A stretch of DNA of 64,000 nucleotides, taken from positions 17,856,001-17,920,000 of the forward strand of contig OX597817.1 in assembly GCA_951406725.2 (NCBI GenBank). The letters run 5' to 3'. This DNA comes from Octopus vulgaris (Eukaryota). The translations under genes and the position numbers were made by a program. Of this stretch, positions 26,001-38,916 are shown in pieces (within the stretch, counting starts at the first letter, position 1; the number at the start of each line of letters is the position of its first letter). The notes under the pieces are model-generated. The model worked only from the letters and a program-made list of their open reading frames with translations. It did no database searches and was not told the DNA's origin.

Positions 26001-27308
26001 AAACTAAAATTAATACAAATAAAAACTAAAGTAAAGATCAAATAAATAGTGTGTGAACAAAAAATGACTGTCTCCAAGTGTAACACTATCTGTTTCAACA
26101 CATGTTTTCACATCAAGAATCTTGCAAAAGAAATACATAAGCATAATTTTTTTTTAAATGAAGCAGGGAAAATGTATGTAATAACTACAAGCTGTTTTAA
26201 TCTAAACTTTATCCTTGAAGAATCATCTGTTACTTCAATGTTTCCTAGTCTGGGGTCCCATGAGTTGTGCTCAGAATTTATAATTAGACGGTTAACATAT
26301 AATTATTCAGTTACATATATCTTTTAATTAAAAAACAAATGAAACTGAAAAATTAAGTTTATTTTTTGTTAATAAAAAATAAATTAAAAAAAGAACCTCT
26401 TGAGTAAGCAGCTCTTCGAAAGTCTAGGATCTATAGGAAAATTCATTTAACTGATAGGGGCCCTTGGTGATGAAAAAATTGGGAGCCATTGTATTACTTC
26501 ATGACAGTACGCTTCAAAATCTAAGTGCACATCAATGGAGAGCAACAGTCTCGTTTAGAGAATGCGTGGGCTAAGACTACGCGCCTTCATTGATCAATTA
26601 AGGTTGAGACAGTGTCACGTGACAACTTGCTGGGGCTGCTTGCTGGAGCCTAGCAGCAAGTATTAAAGGGAAATTTGACAAGACAGTCAGTTGCCGACTG
26701 ACACTCGTTGATGCTACATTGAAGAGGCCAGGGAACTGAAGAAAGAAGAGGAAAGAAGACATGCACTCAACACCAGAGCTGAAGACACCTCTAAGTGTGT
26801 GTGTGGGGGGCACCACGTCAAAACGGTAGAGGAGTAGGGGCCAAAACTGGACATGGTTCCTCCTGATGATGTCTTGAGCTAACTGGATCCTATATAGGAC
26901 CTGTTGTGGTAGCAGACCACCAAACACAGTTGAAATTCCTTCCCAATCCAATCAATCAATAATTGTTTGTTGTAGATTGAAAGTATGACTTTGTGGCTCA
27001 AATACCATTCTGCAACATTGATAAGGTTACAAAAGCCTTGTACAATATGAATGGGCTGCAATAAAGAGAATATATGTCATTGGGGATCATGAATTTAATT
27101 TGTTTGCTACTTCTAGCAGGTTGAGTGACTACTAAGTAGAGGCCCCTTCAGTCCTAGATTAGATATTGGTTTGATAGACATATTTGTCATATTCCTCAAT
27201 GTGATGCAAGCTACACCTCAGCTTCAAGTTATTATCTTATTTCCAGAACATTCTCTAAAGCTCAGGAGTTTATTTAAGGTAAACTCTTCTCCGAAATAGT
27301 TCCACATA

Positions 27309-27820
27309 TCTATATATATAAAACTGTAGTTGTGTGAGTGTCTGTCCCCTTCGATTTAGATTCCTAACTCCTCCCACATTTTGCGGTGCAGTTTAACCAA
27401 ATTCGGGTATCTTATAGTCGTGATTCATATCGAGCCCTTCTAGCTATTAGCGCGCGTCTACGATGAGTCTACGGTTTTAAAAATAATTTAACATCCTTTT
27501 TTATTCCATTTTAATGCATAATTTTTCGTGTGTCGATGGCGGCGGAGTTGGCGTCCACGCTCACATCTGCACCTGTTTGCTTCTCCCCCTTCTTCCCTCC
27601 CTCGTGAAGCTGTGGGGAAGGGAGTTAAGGAAATCAACGTCGTAAAGCGTTGTCAAGGAGACCAGCGTTCTTTTAGAACAACGACTTCATGGCTTGAAGA
27701 CACCAAAACAGAAATGGCTAAGAAAGCCCAAATTGGCATCTATAAGGGAAGTAACTCTCTAAAAATGCTTATATAGTTATTTCCCTTACAAACCCGAGCA
27801 ACGCCAGGCGATACTGCTAG
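27309..27820 (+). mobile_element. Non-autonomous Helitron
   Basis: 5' TC (tctatatatataaaa), subterminal GC-rich hairpin-like cccgagcaacgccaggc, 3' CTAG, inserted between A and T with no TSD. Confidence 0.85.
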
Positions 27821-28944
27821 TTTTATATATACAGATTATGTTTTAGATTCACTATTTCTATAGATTTACTCACCTTGAGCCAAACACAGATCCTCTGTTG
27901 ATGGTCAGTTGCTTGACTGATGAATTTGCTATACTATTAGTGTACATTATTTCATGGAAAGAAGCTCTTGTATGATTTCAGTTTGACTGTGGATGATGTC
28001 TGAGTACATCTTTCATCTTTTATTATTTACTTGTTTTAGTCATTTTATCTTGTGATCCTCCACAAGAACCTGCACTGCTCCCTCCTTCTCATAGTTCAAT
28101 TCTTTCATCCCTTCACATGAAACTGAACGCCCCCACCCCGTCCCCACCCCAGGGATTGTTGTTTTTAGAGCTGCAGGATAACCCCAATAGTACAAGTTAA
28201 AAAAGCACCCTGTTCACATTGTAAAGTGGTTGCATTAGGAAGGGCATCCAGTTGTAGAAGCCATTCCAAAGCAGACACTGGAGCATAATGCAGTCCTTGG
28301 ACCCATCAGATCCTGTCAAACCCATGTCAGCATTGAATACAAAATGTTAAATGATGATGATGATATGATAGGCTTCTTTCAGTTTCTGTCAACCAAATTC
28401 ATTCACAAGGCTTTGGTCGGCCTGGGGCTATAAAAGAAGATGCTTCATCAGATCTTCTGATGAAGGTGAGAGCAAGTTATATTCACTTTTACTTTATTAT
28501 ATCTTTTATAATTTATAATATCTTTTAACTTTTATTTGCTCTGGTCATTTGAAAGCAATCATACAGGGGAATCACCAAACGAATTAACCCAGTACTTAGT
28601 CAATTCGTTTTTTAAAGCTTGGTACCTATTCTATCAGTCTCTTTGGCTGAACTGCTGAGATACAGGGACGTAAATAAACCAACACTAGTTGTCAAGCAAT
28701 GATAGGGGACAAAAACAAACACACGCACACAAACACACAAAAGGCATGAAAATAATATTTTTAAAAAGTCCTCACTTTTCTGGGGGTATTTTTGCGAAAA
28801 ATTACAAATATACAAACTGTTTTCTTCTGAGTGAATAAACGTAAATAACGAACGTTGCTAACTCATAATTCATTTAATTGAACCGTCAAGAATGTGTCAT
28901 CTAGGAAAATTGTTGGACTTAATAACATCTTTAATAACAGTGGC

Positions 28945-29160
28945 GGATCTTTTCCTTTAGATAGACAGAATTCAACCAAATTTCTAGTCAACTAAACAAT
29001 TTGAAACTTCGTATACTGGTAGAATGTGTCAAAAGAAAACATTATTTTCACTTGGCTTTTTTTGATAAATTTGTAATTTGTAAGTTTAACGTAGTTTAAT
29101 TCTTCGAATTTTAACCAATGAATCGCCAGTATTTGAGCTCAAATCATTTGCTATATGTTG
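28945..29160. mobile_element. Truncated Merlin-like MITE (one arm)
   Basis: ggatcttttcctttagatagacagaattc..., same arm variant as 50211. Confidence 0.7.
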
Positions 29161-29512
29161 TAACAACTAAAATTCACACACCGTTGAAGAACTTGTGTCA
29201 TCTACGCCCCACGCACAAGATGGCAAAAGTTTGCCAGCGAAGAACAGACAGTGGTATTCCCTAACCCATGGAATTTCTTTCCTTGGGGCAACATTTTCAT
29301 CTCATTTTGAGGGAGGAACGCGACAGTTAGCTGACTGCTTAACTGGCAGTCTTTTAATAGAGACAAAAGGAATAGGAATGTCCACCGTTAATGACTGGTA
29401 TTTAGCCATCTCCCGCTCTTCTGCTTTACAGACGACGATTCCCGGGTCTACGATTGAGATGACAAGATCGACACAAAAAAAAATGTGTCGCAATAGGACG
29501 GCGTCCCAGATA

Positions 29513-29738
29513 TATCTCTTTATTGCCCACAAGGGGGCTAAACATAGAGGGGACAGACAAAGGGATTAAGTCAATTACATAGACTTCAGAGCGTAACTGG
29601 TACTTAATTTATCGACCACGAAAGGATGAAAGGCAAAGTCAACTTCGGCGGAATGTGAACTCACAACGTAACGGCAGACGAAATGCGGCTACGCATTTCG
29701 CCCGGCGTGCTAACGTTTCTGCCAACTCGCCCGCCTTA
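29513..29738 (-). mobile_element. Nin/Deu-domain SINE (family B), monomer
   Basis: Minus strand gcctttcatcctttcg..gtcgataaattaagtacc domain; 15-bp TSD acggcgtcccagata (29498-29512 / 29739-29753). Confidence 0.85.
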
Positions 29739-30419
29739 ACGGCGTCCCAGATAAGCGAACTTGCACTCATCCCTCAAACGGGAAAAAGGGTTATCCCGTC
29801 CGATCGCCACGGTCGAAGACAAACAGGCTCGAGAAGTGACAGGAAACTGGCAACATCGAGGCTCCTCCAGGACGTCGTCTATCCTGGTACAACCTGAACT
29901 CGTCGACAGTTGCTCCACAGCGGGGAGGGGGCGGCGGTTGACAGAAATATAAATGTGAGAATGGATTAAAATAAAACAAATAAAATAACGAAATTAATTA
30001 CGAAAAATGCAAACAAAAATAGACAAATAAAAGGAAGGGTAATAACTAATTAGGGTAAGCTATCACTTTCTTTGCGGTTACACACATGAGGCTATCTCAT
30101 TTCTTTTAAAGGATTTCATGTCTATAAAAATTAGTGAAGAAATTAATGTAAACCGTATTAGAGTCAATGAAATTCTAGAAGGTATACAAATTGCAAAGGG
30201 CTCTTTCTATGTAAGCCTAAATATTGAATTTAATACTTGATCGAAATGGTAAGTGACATATACAAACATACTAAAATATATATAACTGCTTGCTTGATCT
30301 TCACCAGCATTAAACGCACACATATAAATAATTATAAATATAAGCATGGATAGAATGTGTGAGAGAGATACGTGCGTGTGTGTATGTGTGTAGTCTAATA
30401 GTGATCACTATATTATATA

Positions 30420-30644
30420 CCTATTTCTTTATTACCCACAAGGGGCTAAACACAGAGGGGACAAACAAGGACAGACATAGGTATTAAGTCGATTACATCG
30501 ACACCAGTGCATAACTGGTACTTAATTTATCGACCCCGAAAGGATGAAAGGCAAAGTCGACCTCGGCGGAATTCGAACTCACAACGTAACGCAGACGAAA
30601 TACCGCTAAGCATTTCGCCCGGCGTGCTAACGTTTCTGCCAGCT
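30420..30644 (-). mobile_element. SINE family B monomer
   Basis: Family consensus. Confidence 0.85.
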
Positions 30645-31044
30645 ATACCCTCACGCAATTCATATAGCTGAGTGTTCTCTGCTTTAACTAACCACAACCA
30701 ATCACACAAACACACACACACACACACACACACATACACACAAATATAGCTGGAACTCCGTCGGTTACGACGACTTGTGATCCATTTGATCCGATCAACG
30801 GAACAGCCTGCTTGTGAAATTAACTGGCAAGTGACCGAGCATTTCACAGACACGCGTACACTTGACGTAGTTCTCAGGAAGATTCACCATGACAGAATGT
30901 GACAAGACTGGCCTTTGAATTACAGGTACAACTCACTTTTACGAGTCGAATGGACAGGACTAACGTGAAATAAAGTATCTTGCTCAAGGATATAATCGAA
31001 CTCACGACCATACGACCGTGAGCTCAATACCCTAACCACTAACC

Positions 31045-31241
31045 CAGTGGTTTTCAACCAGGGTTCCGCGGAACCTTAGGATTCCGCTAGAAGTTACGAA
31101 ATTCCTAAAATCGGCAGTAATTTTTAATTCTCCTGTGCAGATATGTGTGCATAAGACTATTAAATTATTGCACAGGGGTTCCTCGAGCCAGTGGAATGTT
31201 TCCTTGGGGTTCCGCTCCAGCAAAAAGTTTGAAAAGCACTG
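31045..31241. mobile_element. hAT (Charlie-like) MITE nested in a SINE
   Basis: cagtggttttcaa ... ttgaaaagcactg TIR; perfect 8-bp TSD cactaacc. Confidence 0.88.
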
Positions 31242-31351
31242 CACTAACCCATGCCCCTTCATTTACAAATATATGTACACGCGCGCGCGTATGTAAAATG
31301 GATATCCATCAGATTCAACGATGAGTGCTTTGTTGTTTAATCAATAGAACT

Positions 31352-31812
31352 TTTTTTTTTTACTACCCACAAGGGGCTAAACACAGAGGGGACAAACAAG
31401 GACAGACAAACGGATTAAGTCGATTATATCGACCCCAGTGCGTAACTGGTACTTAATTTATCGACCCCGAAAGGATGAAAGGCAAAGTCGACCTAGGCGG
31501 AATTTGAACTCAGAACGTAATGGCAGACGAAATACGTGCGTGTATGTGTGTAGTCTAATAGCGATCACTATATTATATACCTATTTCTTTATTACCCACA
31601 AGGGGCTAAACACAGAGGGGACAAACAAGGACAGACAAACGGATTAAGTCGATTACATCGACCCCAGTGCGTAACTGGTACTTAATTTATCGACCCCGAA
31701 AGGGTGAAAGGCAAAGTCGACCTCGACGGAATTCGAACTCACAACGTAACGCAGACGAAATACCGCTAAGCATTTCGCCCGGCGTGCTAACGTTTCTGCC
31801 AACTCGCCGCCT
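31352..31812 (-). mobile_element. SINE family B dimer with an inserted 45-bp non-SINE segment
   Basis: Two units; flanked by TSD tgtttaatcaatagaact. Confidence 0.85.
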
Positions 31813-31914
31813 TTTGTTTAATCAATAGAACTATTTGCTCACGGAAGAGGTTAAGTATTGCACAAACGTATACGCCCTTAATATGTCAGTGTGATAAAAC
31901 GGATCTTTGAATTA

Positions 31915-32500
31915 CTCATCATCATTATTCATCATTGTTCGACCGTGGTCGAGACAATGGAATTTACTATGTTACGCCAGACTTCACGGTCCATCATAGC
32001 ATTACGGAGGTCCTGTTGCTGGATGCCTGTATCCCTGGAGATTACATCAGGGTAGGAGAGTGTGCGCCCTCTGGTATTGCGAGTAGATGGCTTCCAGAGG
32101 AGAAGAGTAGAAATTACCTCTTTTTCAGCTCTACAACAATGTCCAGCAAACTGGACTCTCCTACCTTTCACAAGGGATGACACAGATGGTAGTTTCCCAT
32201 ATATTTGCATTTTGGTTGGATGACGCTTCCACAAGAGATTTTGAGCTCTCATAAGGAGGCGAGTGTAGGTTCCATCCAACCGCCTCTCAAGCTTTTTGAT
32301 AACGTCCAGTCGAATTGGTTCGACTGTGGCTTTGAATATTTCAAGTTTGAAGTCTCTACTTAGATTTGATGACCAGATCTTATGCATGTCATTACAGGCT
32401 GACCAGGCCATACCCTTTCTAGTTAGAAAGTCTTTTCCAGATGATGATATGTATGACCCAAGATATTTATAATCAGAAACCATATTTAAAGGCGCACTGT
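31915..32500 (-). pseudogene. RTE-clade LINE ORF C-terminal fragment, copy 1
   Basis: YKYLGSYI...AWSAC...IWSS...LDGTYTRLL...LYGKLP-like...FAGHCCR...MMDREVWR; (ATG)n tail; internal deletion. Confidence 0.85.
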
Positions 32501-32590
32501 TGAATTACTGGAAGAACCCATCCGACGGCCTTCCCAGCATTCTTCCATCTACCCATTTTCACTCACCAGCTGAAGGTCGATCAAGGATGC

Positions 32591-32731
32591 ACTGGTACTT
32601 AATTTATCGACCCCGAAAGGATGAAAGGCAAAGTCGACCTAGGCGGGATTTGAACTCAGAACGTAACGGCAGACGAAATACGGATACGCATTTCACCCGG
32701 CGTGCTAACGTTTCTGCCAACTCGCCGCCTT
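32591..32731 (-). mobile_element. SINE family B, 5' part
   Basis: Head plus Nin/Deu domain at the junction of the tandem duplication. Confidence 0.8.
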
Positions 32732-32832
32732 TTGTTTAATCAATAGAACTATTTGCTCACGGAAGAGGTTAAGTATTGCACAAACGTATATGCCCTTAAT
32801 ATGTCAGTGTGATAAAACGGATCTTTGAATTA

Positions 32833-33419
32833 CTCATCATCATTATTCATCATTGTTTGACCGTGGTCGAGACAATGGAATTTACTATGTTACGCCAGAC
32901 TTCACGGTCCATCATAGCATTACGGAGGTCCTGTTGCTGGATGCCTGTATCCCTGGAGATTACATCAGGGTAGGAGAGTGTGCGCCCTCTGGTATTGCGA
33001 GTAGATGGCTTCCAGAGGAGAAGAGTAGAAATTACCTCTTTTTCAGCTCTACAACAATGTCCAGCAAACTGGACTCTCCTACCTTTCACAAGGGATGACA
33101 CAGATGGTAGTTTCCCATATATTTGCATTTTGGTTGGATGACGCTTCCACAAGAGATTTTGAGCTCTCATAAGGAGGCGAGTGTAGGTTCCATCCAACCG
33201 CCTCTCAAGCTTTTTTGATAACGTCCAGTCGAATTGGTTCGACTGTGGCTTTGAATATTTCAAGTTTGAAGTCTCTACTTAGATTTGATGACCAGATCTT
33301 ATGCATGTCATTACAGGCTGACCAGGCCATACCCTTTCTAGTTAGAAAGTCTTTTCCAGATGATGATATGTATGACCCAAGATATTTATAATCAGAAACC
33401 ATATTTAAAGGCGCACTGT
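32833..33419 (-). pseudogene. RTE-clade LINE fragment, copy 2 (tandem duplicate, offset 918 bp)
   Basis: Almost identical to 31915-32500, with a 1-nt indel. Confidence 0.85.
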
Positions 33420-34494
33420 TGAATTACTGGAAGAACCCATCCGACGGCCTTCCCAGCATTCTTCCATCTACCCATTTTCACTCACCAGCTAAAGGTCGAT
33501 CAAGGACTGCGGTAAAAGACACTTGTCTAATCAGGATCGAGCCCAGAATTTCACGATTGCGAAATGAACTTCTTAACCATTCGGCCATACAGCGTCCATA
33601 TTTGGTGTCAAGACAGGACAGCACATTTGGTAGGACTCCTGCCAATTTCTTTTCATGATACTCCTCTGCTTTCACCTGGCATCTCGAACTGGCTCCACGA
33701 ACTGACTGCATGCGGCAATGTGCCATTTCCTGGGCAACAGCACTTGTAAACCAGCTCAACCAAGCACAAGGTGACCAATGAGTTTTAAACGTTCGGTGGT
33801 ATTCGTTAAAGGTTTGCCGTCCTAAATATGTCGAGACTGGATTTTTAACGGACTGTGCGAGTGAATCCAACCATCAATAAAGTTTCTGAAGGAGAATGGG
33901 ATCCTGGAACTGAGTACCAGCGTCAGCAGGAGAGAACTATTCTCGATGTGTGGGAGACTGGTGGGTCACTACCCAATTGCAGGATGGCTACGAACAGCGT
34001 GCAGCTTACATTAAGAGACGAGCAGACGGGGTGAACTGGGGAGACAAAGTGGGAGAGGGGACGGTGGCGATGATGCGGGAGATCCTAGAGAGGACAAGAG
34101 CAGAAGATCCAATAAGAGGAAACTGGTACGTGTATGTATGTATGTATGTATGTATGTATGAAGGCGCATGAGGTATCGTGAGATATTGAGTTCAATTCCT
34201 AGACTGGGCTGTGTTGCGTTCTTGAGCAAGACACTTCATTTCACATTGCTCAAGTTCACTCAGCTGTAGAAGTAATTTGCGACGTCACTGGTGCCAAGCT
34301 GTATCGGCCCCTTTGCCTTTCCCTTGGATATCATCAGTGGCATGTAGAGGGGAGGCTGGTACGCATGGGCGACTGCTGGTCTTCCATAGGCAACCTTGTC
34401 CGGACTTGTGCCTCGGAGAGGGAACTTTCTAGCTGCTATCCCACGGTCATTCATTTATTCTTTACCTTTTATAGATGCACATATAACATATATA

Positions 34495-36025
34495 CAGGGT
34501 GCGATGGGTAAATTGTCGTCATTTTAAATTCTTAATTCCGCGCATGTCCATTGTTTGTTTTTGATTTTGTCGACTACACAGTTGTCACCGTCTGTAAGAA
34601 AAACAGCACCATGGCGCAATTCTCTTTGCCAGAAATTTGGAAACCACATGATGTACTGCTTGACATTCGCGCCGGAGTGTTTGGGTATCAATCTGAGGAC
34701 AGTGAAGAAGATTCGGAAAAAATTGGATGAGCCACGAGGTGATTACAAAGGTACGGCAACTCGGAAAACTCACTCCGATCTTTCTGATAAGGAAAGAACT
34801 CCTGAATTTGTTGGTGAGATCCAGGCCATTATTGACAACGATCCCTCCAAGTCAATCAGATCCATCACCAGGGATATGGGAGTGTCTGAGTCTCTTATCA
34901 GGCAGGTAATGCATGAAGACATTCGGTATTCCTCATACAAAATGAGAAAGATCCAATTCTTATCCCAAGCCATCAAGGACAAGAGGGAAGACCGCGCTAC
35001 GTAGCTTTTGAACAAACTGAAGCATCCCCTCCAAGCGAATATACTCTGGTTTTTCTCAGACGAGAAAAAATTCTGCTAGGATCAGGTGGTGAACACACAG
35101 AACATGTACCGAGAGTGAAAAAGAGCAAACATCCAGTCAACATCATGGTGTTTGGATTGATCTCTAGTGATGGCGACGTTATGTCTTCATTCATCTTCCC
35201 ACACGGCCTCAGACACAACATGGAGGCCTACATCAAGTGCCTGGAGGAGGTAGTGCTGCCCTGGGTCAAGAGGGTGGATGTTGGAAGATCCTATGTCTGG
35301 CAACAGGACTTTACACCATACCACACAAGCAGGAGAACCCAGTCATGGCTGTCAGACAATTTCTGCAACCACATCACCCCTAACATCTGACCACCTAACT
35401 CCCCAGACTGCAATCCCCTTAATTATTGTGTGGGGTGCGGTTGAGCAAGAGATCAACAAAACTCCTTGTAGCACCAAAGAGGAACTGAAGGCAAGGATTA
35501 TGGCAGTGTAGGGGCAGTTACACCCCCCCCCTGACGGTAGCTATCTCAATAGCTCGCCACTAGGCGGAGTAGCGTGTAACTTGGGAATTCTAGGACTTGG
35601 GAATTCCTCAGCGGCTCACAGTGAGCAAGACGTGACTTCCTCAGCTCTTAATCTCACCATAATGCAAGTATGCATTATGTCACTATGACTTGGATTCCAC
35701 AGAAGATGAATATGGTCTTCATTTGTAAATATTTTGTATAACTTATTCTGCTTGTACATATCGGAAACCTCAAGTAAGAGGCATAGAAACTACAACTTGG
35801 TTCTGAGATGTTCAATACACGGTGTTCTTTTTTTCGCAAAGTGATATCTTCTTTTCCAACCTTCTGAACAGAGCGGTTATTTTGATGGTTCTGCTACGCT
35901 AGGCCACAACACATCTAAAACAGCATTCACCAACTTAAACAAGGAGACCGTTCAGAAGGGTTGTAGGAGACTCCGAAGTCGTCTGGAGGCCGTGGTTGAA
36001 GCCAATGGTGATTTTTTGAATAAAT
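34495..36025 (+). mobile_element. Degenerate Tc1/mariner (maT-like) transposon, interrupted by an insertion at ~35507-35922
   Basis: ta|cagggtg start; WFFSDEK, VWQQD..PYHTS, PPNSPDCNPL motifs; frameshifts and stops. Confidence 0.85.
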
Positions 36026-36401
36026 TTACTCTCTTTACTCTTTTACTTGTTTCAATCCGCCTTTAGTCGAGCAAATCGACCCCGGGACTTATTCTTTGTA
36101 AGTCCAGTACTTGTTCTATCGGTATCTTTTGCCGAACCGCTAAGTGACAGGGACGTAAACACACCAGCATCGGTTGTCAAGCAATGCTAGGGGGACAAAC
36201 ACAGACACACAAACACACACATACATATCTATATATATATACATATATACGACAGGCTTCTTTCAGTTTCCGTCTACCAAATCCACTCACAAGGCATTGG
36301 TCGGCCCGGGGCTATAGCAGAAGACACTTGCCCAAGATGCCACGCAGTGGGACTGAACCCGGAACCATGTGGTTGGTTAGCAAGCTACTTACCACGCAGC
36401 C
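36026..36401 (-). mobile_element. SINE family A
   Basis: Family consensus. Confidence 0.88.
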
Positions 36402-36459
36402 ATATACATACATACGTAATAAGAAAGTTACTAACAACAACCGGCGACTTCAACATCAG

Positions 36460-37230
36460 CAGTGACTGAGACAGGATCAATGTTAAACGGAGAGATGGAG
36501 GTAGAGGTATAAGATCAGTCGAAACAGCCTTGAGTATCACAGTGTCTCTTAGACAATAGCTACTGAACAATAAAGAAAGAAGTGAGTACATCAACACGAA
36601 TACTTAACATTGAAAGTAATAATGTGATGGAATTAGACAAAGAACCTGTGAACAAGTACTCCGATGAGTGTACAGTTGTTTCATGTTTGAGAAAAGTAGC
36701 AGAGCTAACCTACCTAAACAGAGATTCAGAAGCGAAATAATAATAATCATACCAGCAGAAAGTTATGCCTGGGTACATGTCCTACAAGCTATGGAATATC
36801 AATAACTGACAACAAGAATGATCCTCTTTCTTGGATCTACAGTAAATAAATCACATGTCACCAAGAAGGCCATGCCTTTGCTATCCAGGAACAGGAAATA
36901 ATTACTAAATATCATATCAACGAGAAAGATAAGGATGCCTCTTATATCCCGCATTGTGACAGAAAATGTCGATAGTGCCATACTAGTGTAGAAGATATCA
37001 TCTGCATTATCATCTGCTGTTCAAAAATGTCCACAAGAGACTACCTTGACTTGAAATCTGACAGAGTCGCCCAAACCGTCTACAGTGCATTACATAAGGA
37101 AGATTGTCTTGACGGCCATACCAAAGCCACTTCTTTCAAAATATAGAATACTGGTGGAACACTCCAATAACAATAGCAACCCCGTGAAAGCACAATATGC
37201 CCGAGATTGTTCTGGAACAGGGAACAAAGC
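36460..37230 (+). pseudogene. R4/Dong-like (restriction-like endonuclease) non-LTR retrotransposon relic
   Basis: KRRDGGRGI, CDRKCR*CHTSVEDI..II.CC (zinc knuckle), EYWWNTPI, KHN.P.IV motifs, all degenerate. Confidence 0.65.
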
Positions 37231-37440
37231 TAATGCATTGTTTTAAAGCTTGGTTGCCCGGCGGATGTGATTGTTTTAAAGATTGGTTGCTCGGCGGTTG
37301 TGAATGTCTCATCAAGAACGTGGAAAAAGGAAAACGTTTAAGGAGAACTAACGAGAGATTTACATCCCATATACCATGGCAATATATTTTCATTTGTATC
37401 TATCATTATAGGCGCATTGGGTTACGTAACAACTGATCTA

Positions 37441-38039
37441 GGATCTTTTCCTTTTGAACGGCACTTTTCAACACAGTTTCTAGTTAACTAAACACTTTTA
37501 AACTTCGTATACTGGTAGAATGTGTTTATAAAACATCATTTTTTCTTGGCTTTATTGAGAAAATTCTATTGGTTGTAAGATATTTCGTCTGAAATTTCGA
37601 GCATTTCGGCAATTTTAACCAATCGCTGGAGTCCATTTAGGTAAACAACATTCCGTGCTGTATGAATATGACCCTCCTTTAAGAAACAGATTGGGTTTAT
37701 TTACATTTCTGAAGAAATAAAGATACCCTTCCCCAATCCCTAACCCTAATCCTAACTCTCACCCTAAATCTAAAATAGATTGAAATGCAATAGATCGATA
37801 CTAGGGCCATAATTATGGGTGACAATTTCATACGACACCGCAACGGAAAATGGGATTTTTTTCTAGTGGTGTCAAATGAAAATGTCACCCATAATTATGG
37901 CCCTAGTATCGATCTATTGCATTTCAATCTACTTTAGATTTAGGGTGAGAGTTAGGGTTCGTTAGGGTTAGGGGTTGGGGAAGGGTATCTGTTTCATATG
38001 ACACCGCCAGAAAAACTGCCGTTCAAACCGAAAAGATCC
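37441..38039. mobile_element. Merlin-like MITE with internal foldback; extra TIR end at ~38053-38071
   Basis: ggatcttttc ... gaaaagatcc; internal inverted duplication ~37721-37838 / 37867-37990. Confidence 0.8.
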
Positions 38040-38630
38040 ATTTTAATACTGTGTTCAAACCGAAAAGATCCATTAAAATAAATAAAAGCATTCTTATACA
38101 GATATTCAGGTTAAAACACATAAAAAAAACAGGTAGGTAGGGAGAGAGGATGGGAGTTGGTAAAGAAAATAGAAAAACGTCCATTAATTCAATAGGCAAG
38201 ACAATGGTTTGAGGGTAAATCCGATGAGGTCAGCAACGTCTTCGGATTCGGATGACCAACAAAGTAAGGTTGAAGATACAATAAATATACGCGAATATAT
38301 ATTTGTACGAAAAACAAAAGAGGGAGCTACAAACAAGGTGTATTCGTTTGACTCCCAGGAAAAATGGAAGAATCTTTAACAGAAATGAATGAGGAAAGAA
38401 ACGGAGAGAGAGAAAGAGAGAGAGAGAGAGACAGACAGACAGAGAGAAGACGTGTTTGGATTAATGGTTTTCACATGCTCAATGAAACCAAAGTTTGTTT
38501 ATGGATATGGAACACACAAAACATTCAAAATTTTGGACAATCGTTGTACAGTGACAACTAAAAATGATTTAGCCACGTGTTCAACATGCTTTAAAGAAAA
38601 GCTACTTCACAATACTAGAAACGCATATAC

Positions 38631-38667
<37 letters not shown>

Positions 38668-38855
38668 AATCTTTTCTTTGTCTCGTTTCTCAGAATACGC
38701 CAGAAAAATCATCCAATTTTGAATATTTAGCTTACATGAGATAAACGGTTTTTTTGGGGGTTTTTTTTTTGTAAGCTTTCTTCAATAATGGAATCCGGCT
38801 GCAAACGTCAACGCTTAAAAAAAGCAAACGAAGTATGAAGAGACATTACGTATTG

Positions 38856-38857
<2 letters not shown>

Positions 38858-38916
<59 letters not shown>
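38858..38916. repeat. (TAT)n microsatellite
   Basis: Direct reading. Confidence 0.95.

Noticed and set aside
28443-28465. CTGATGA within a small palindrome as a hammerhead or snoRNA box
   Set aside because: No stem II/GAAA or matching box partner
31932-32483. 183-aa ORF as a host gene
   Set aside because: 5'-truncated, internally deleted RTE LINE C-terminus
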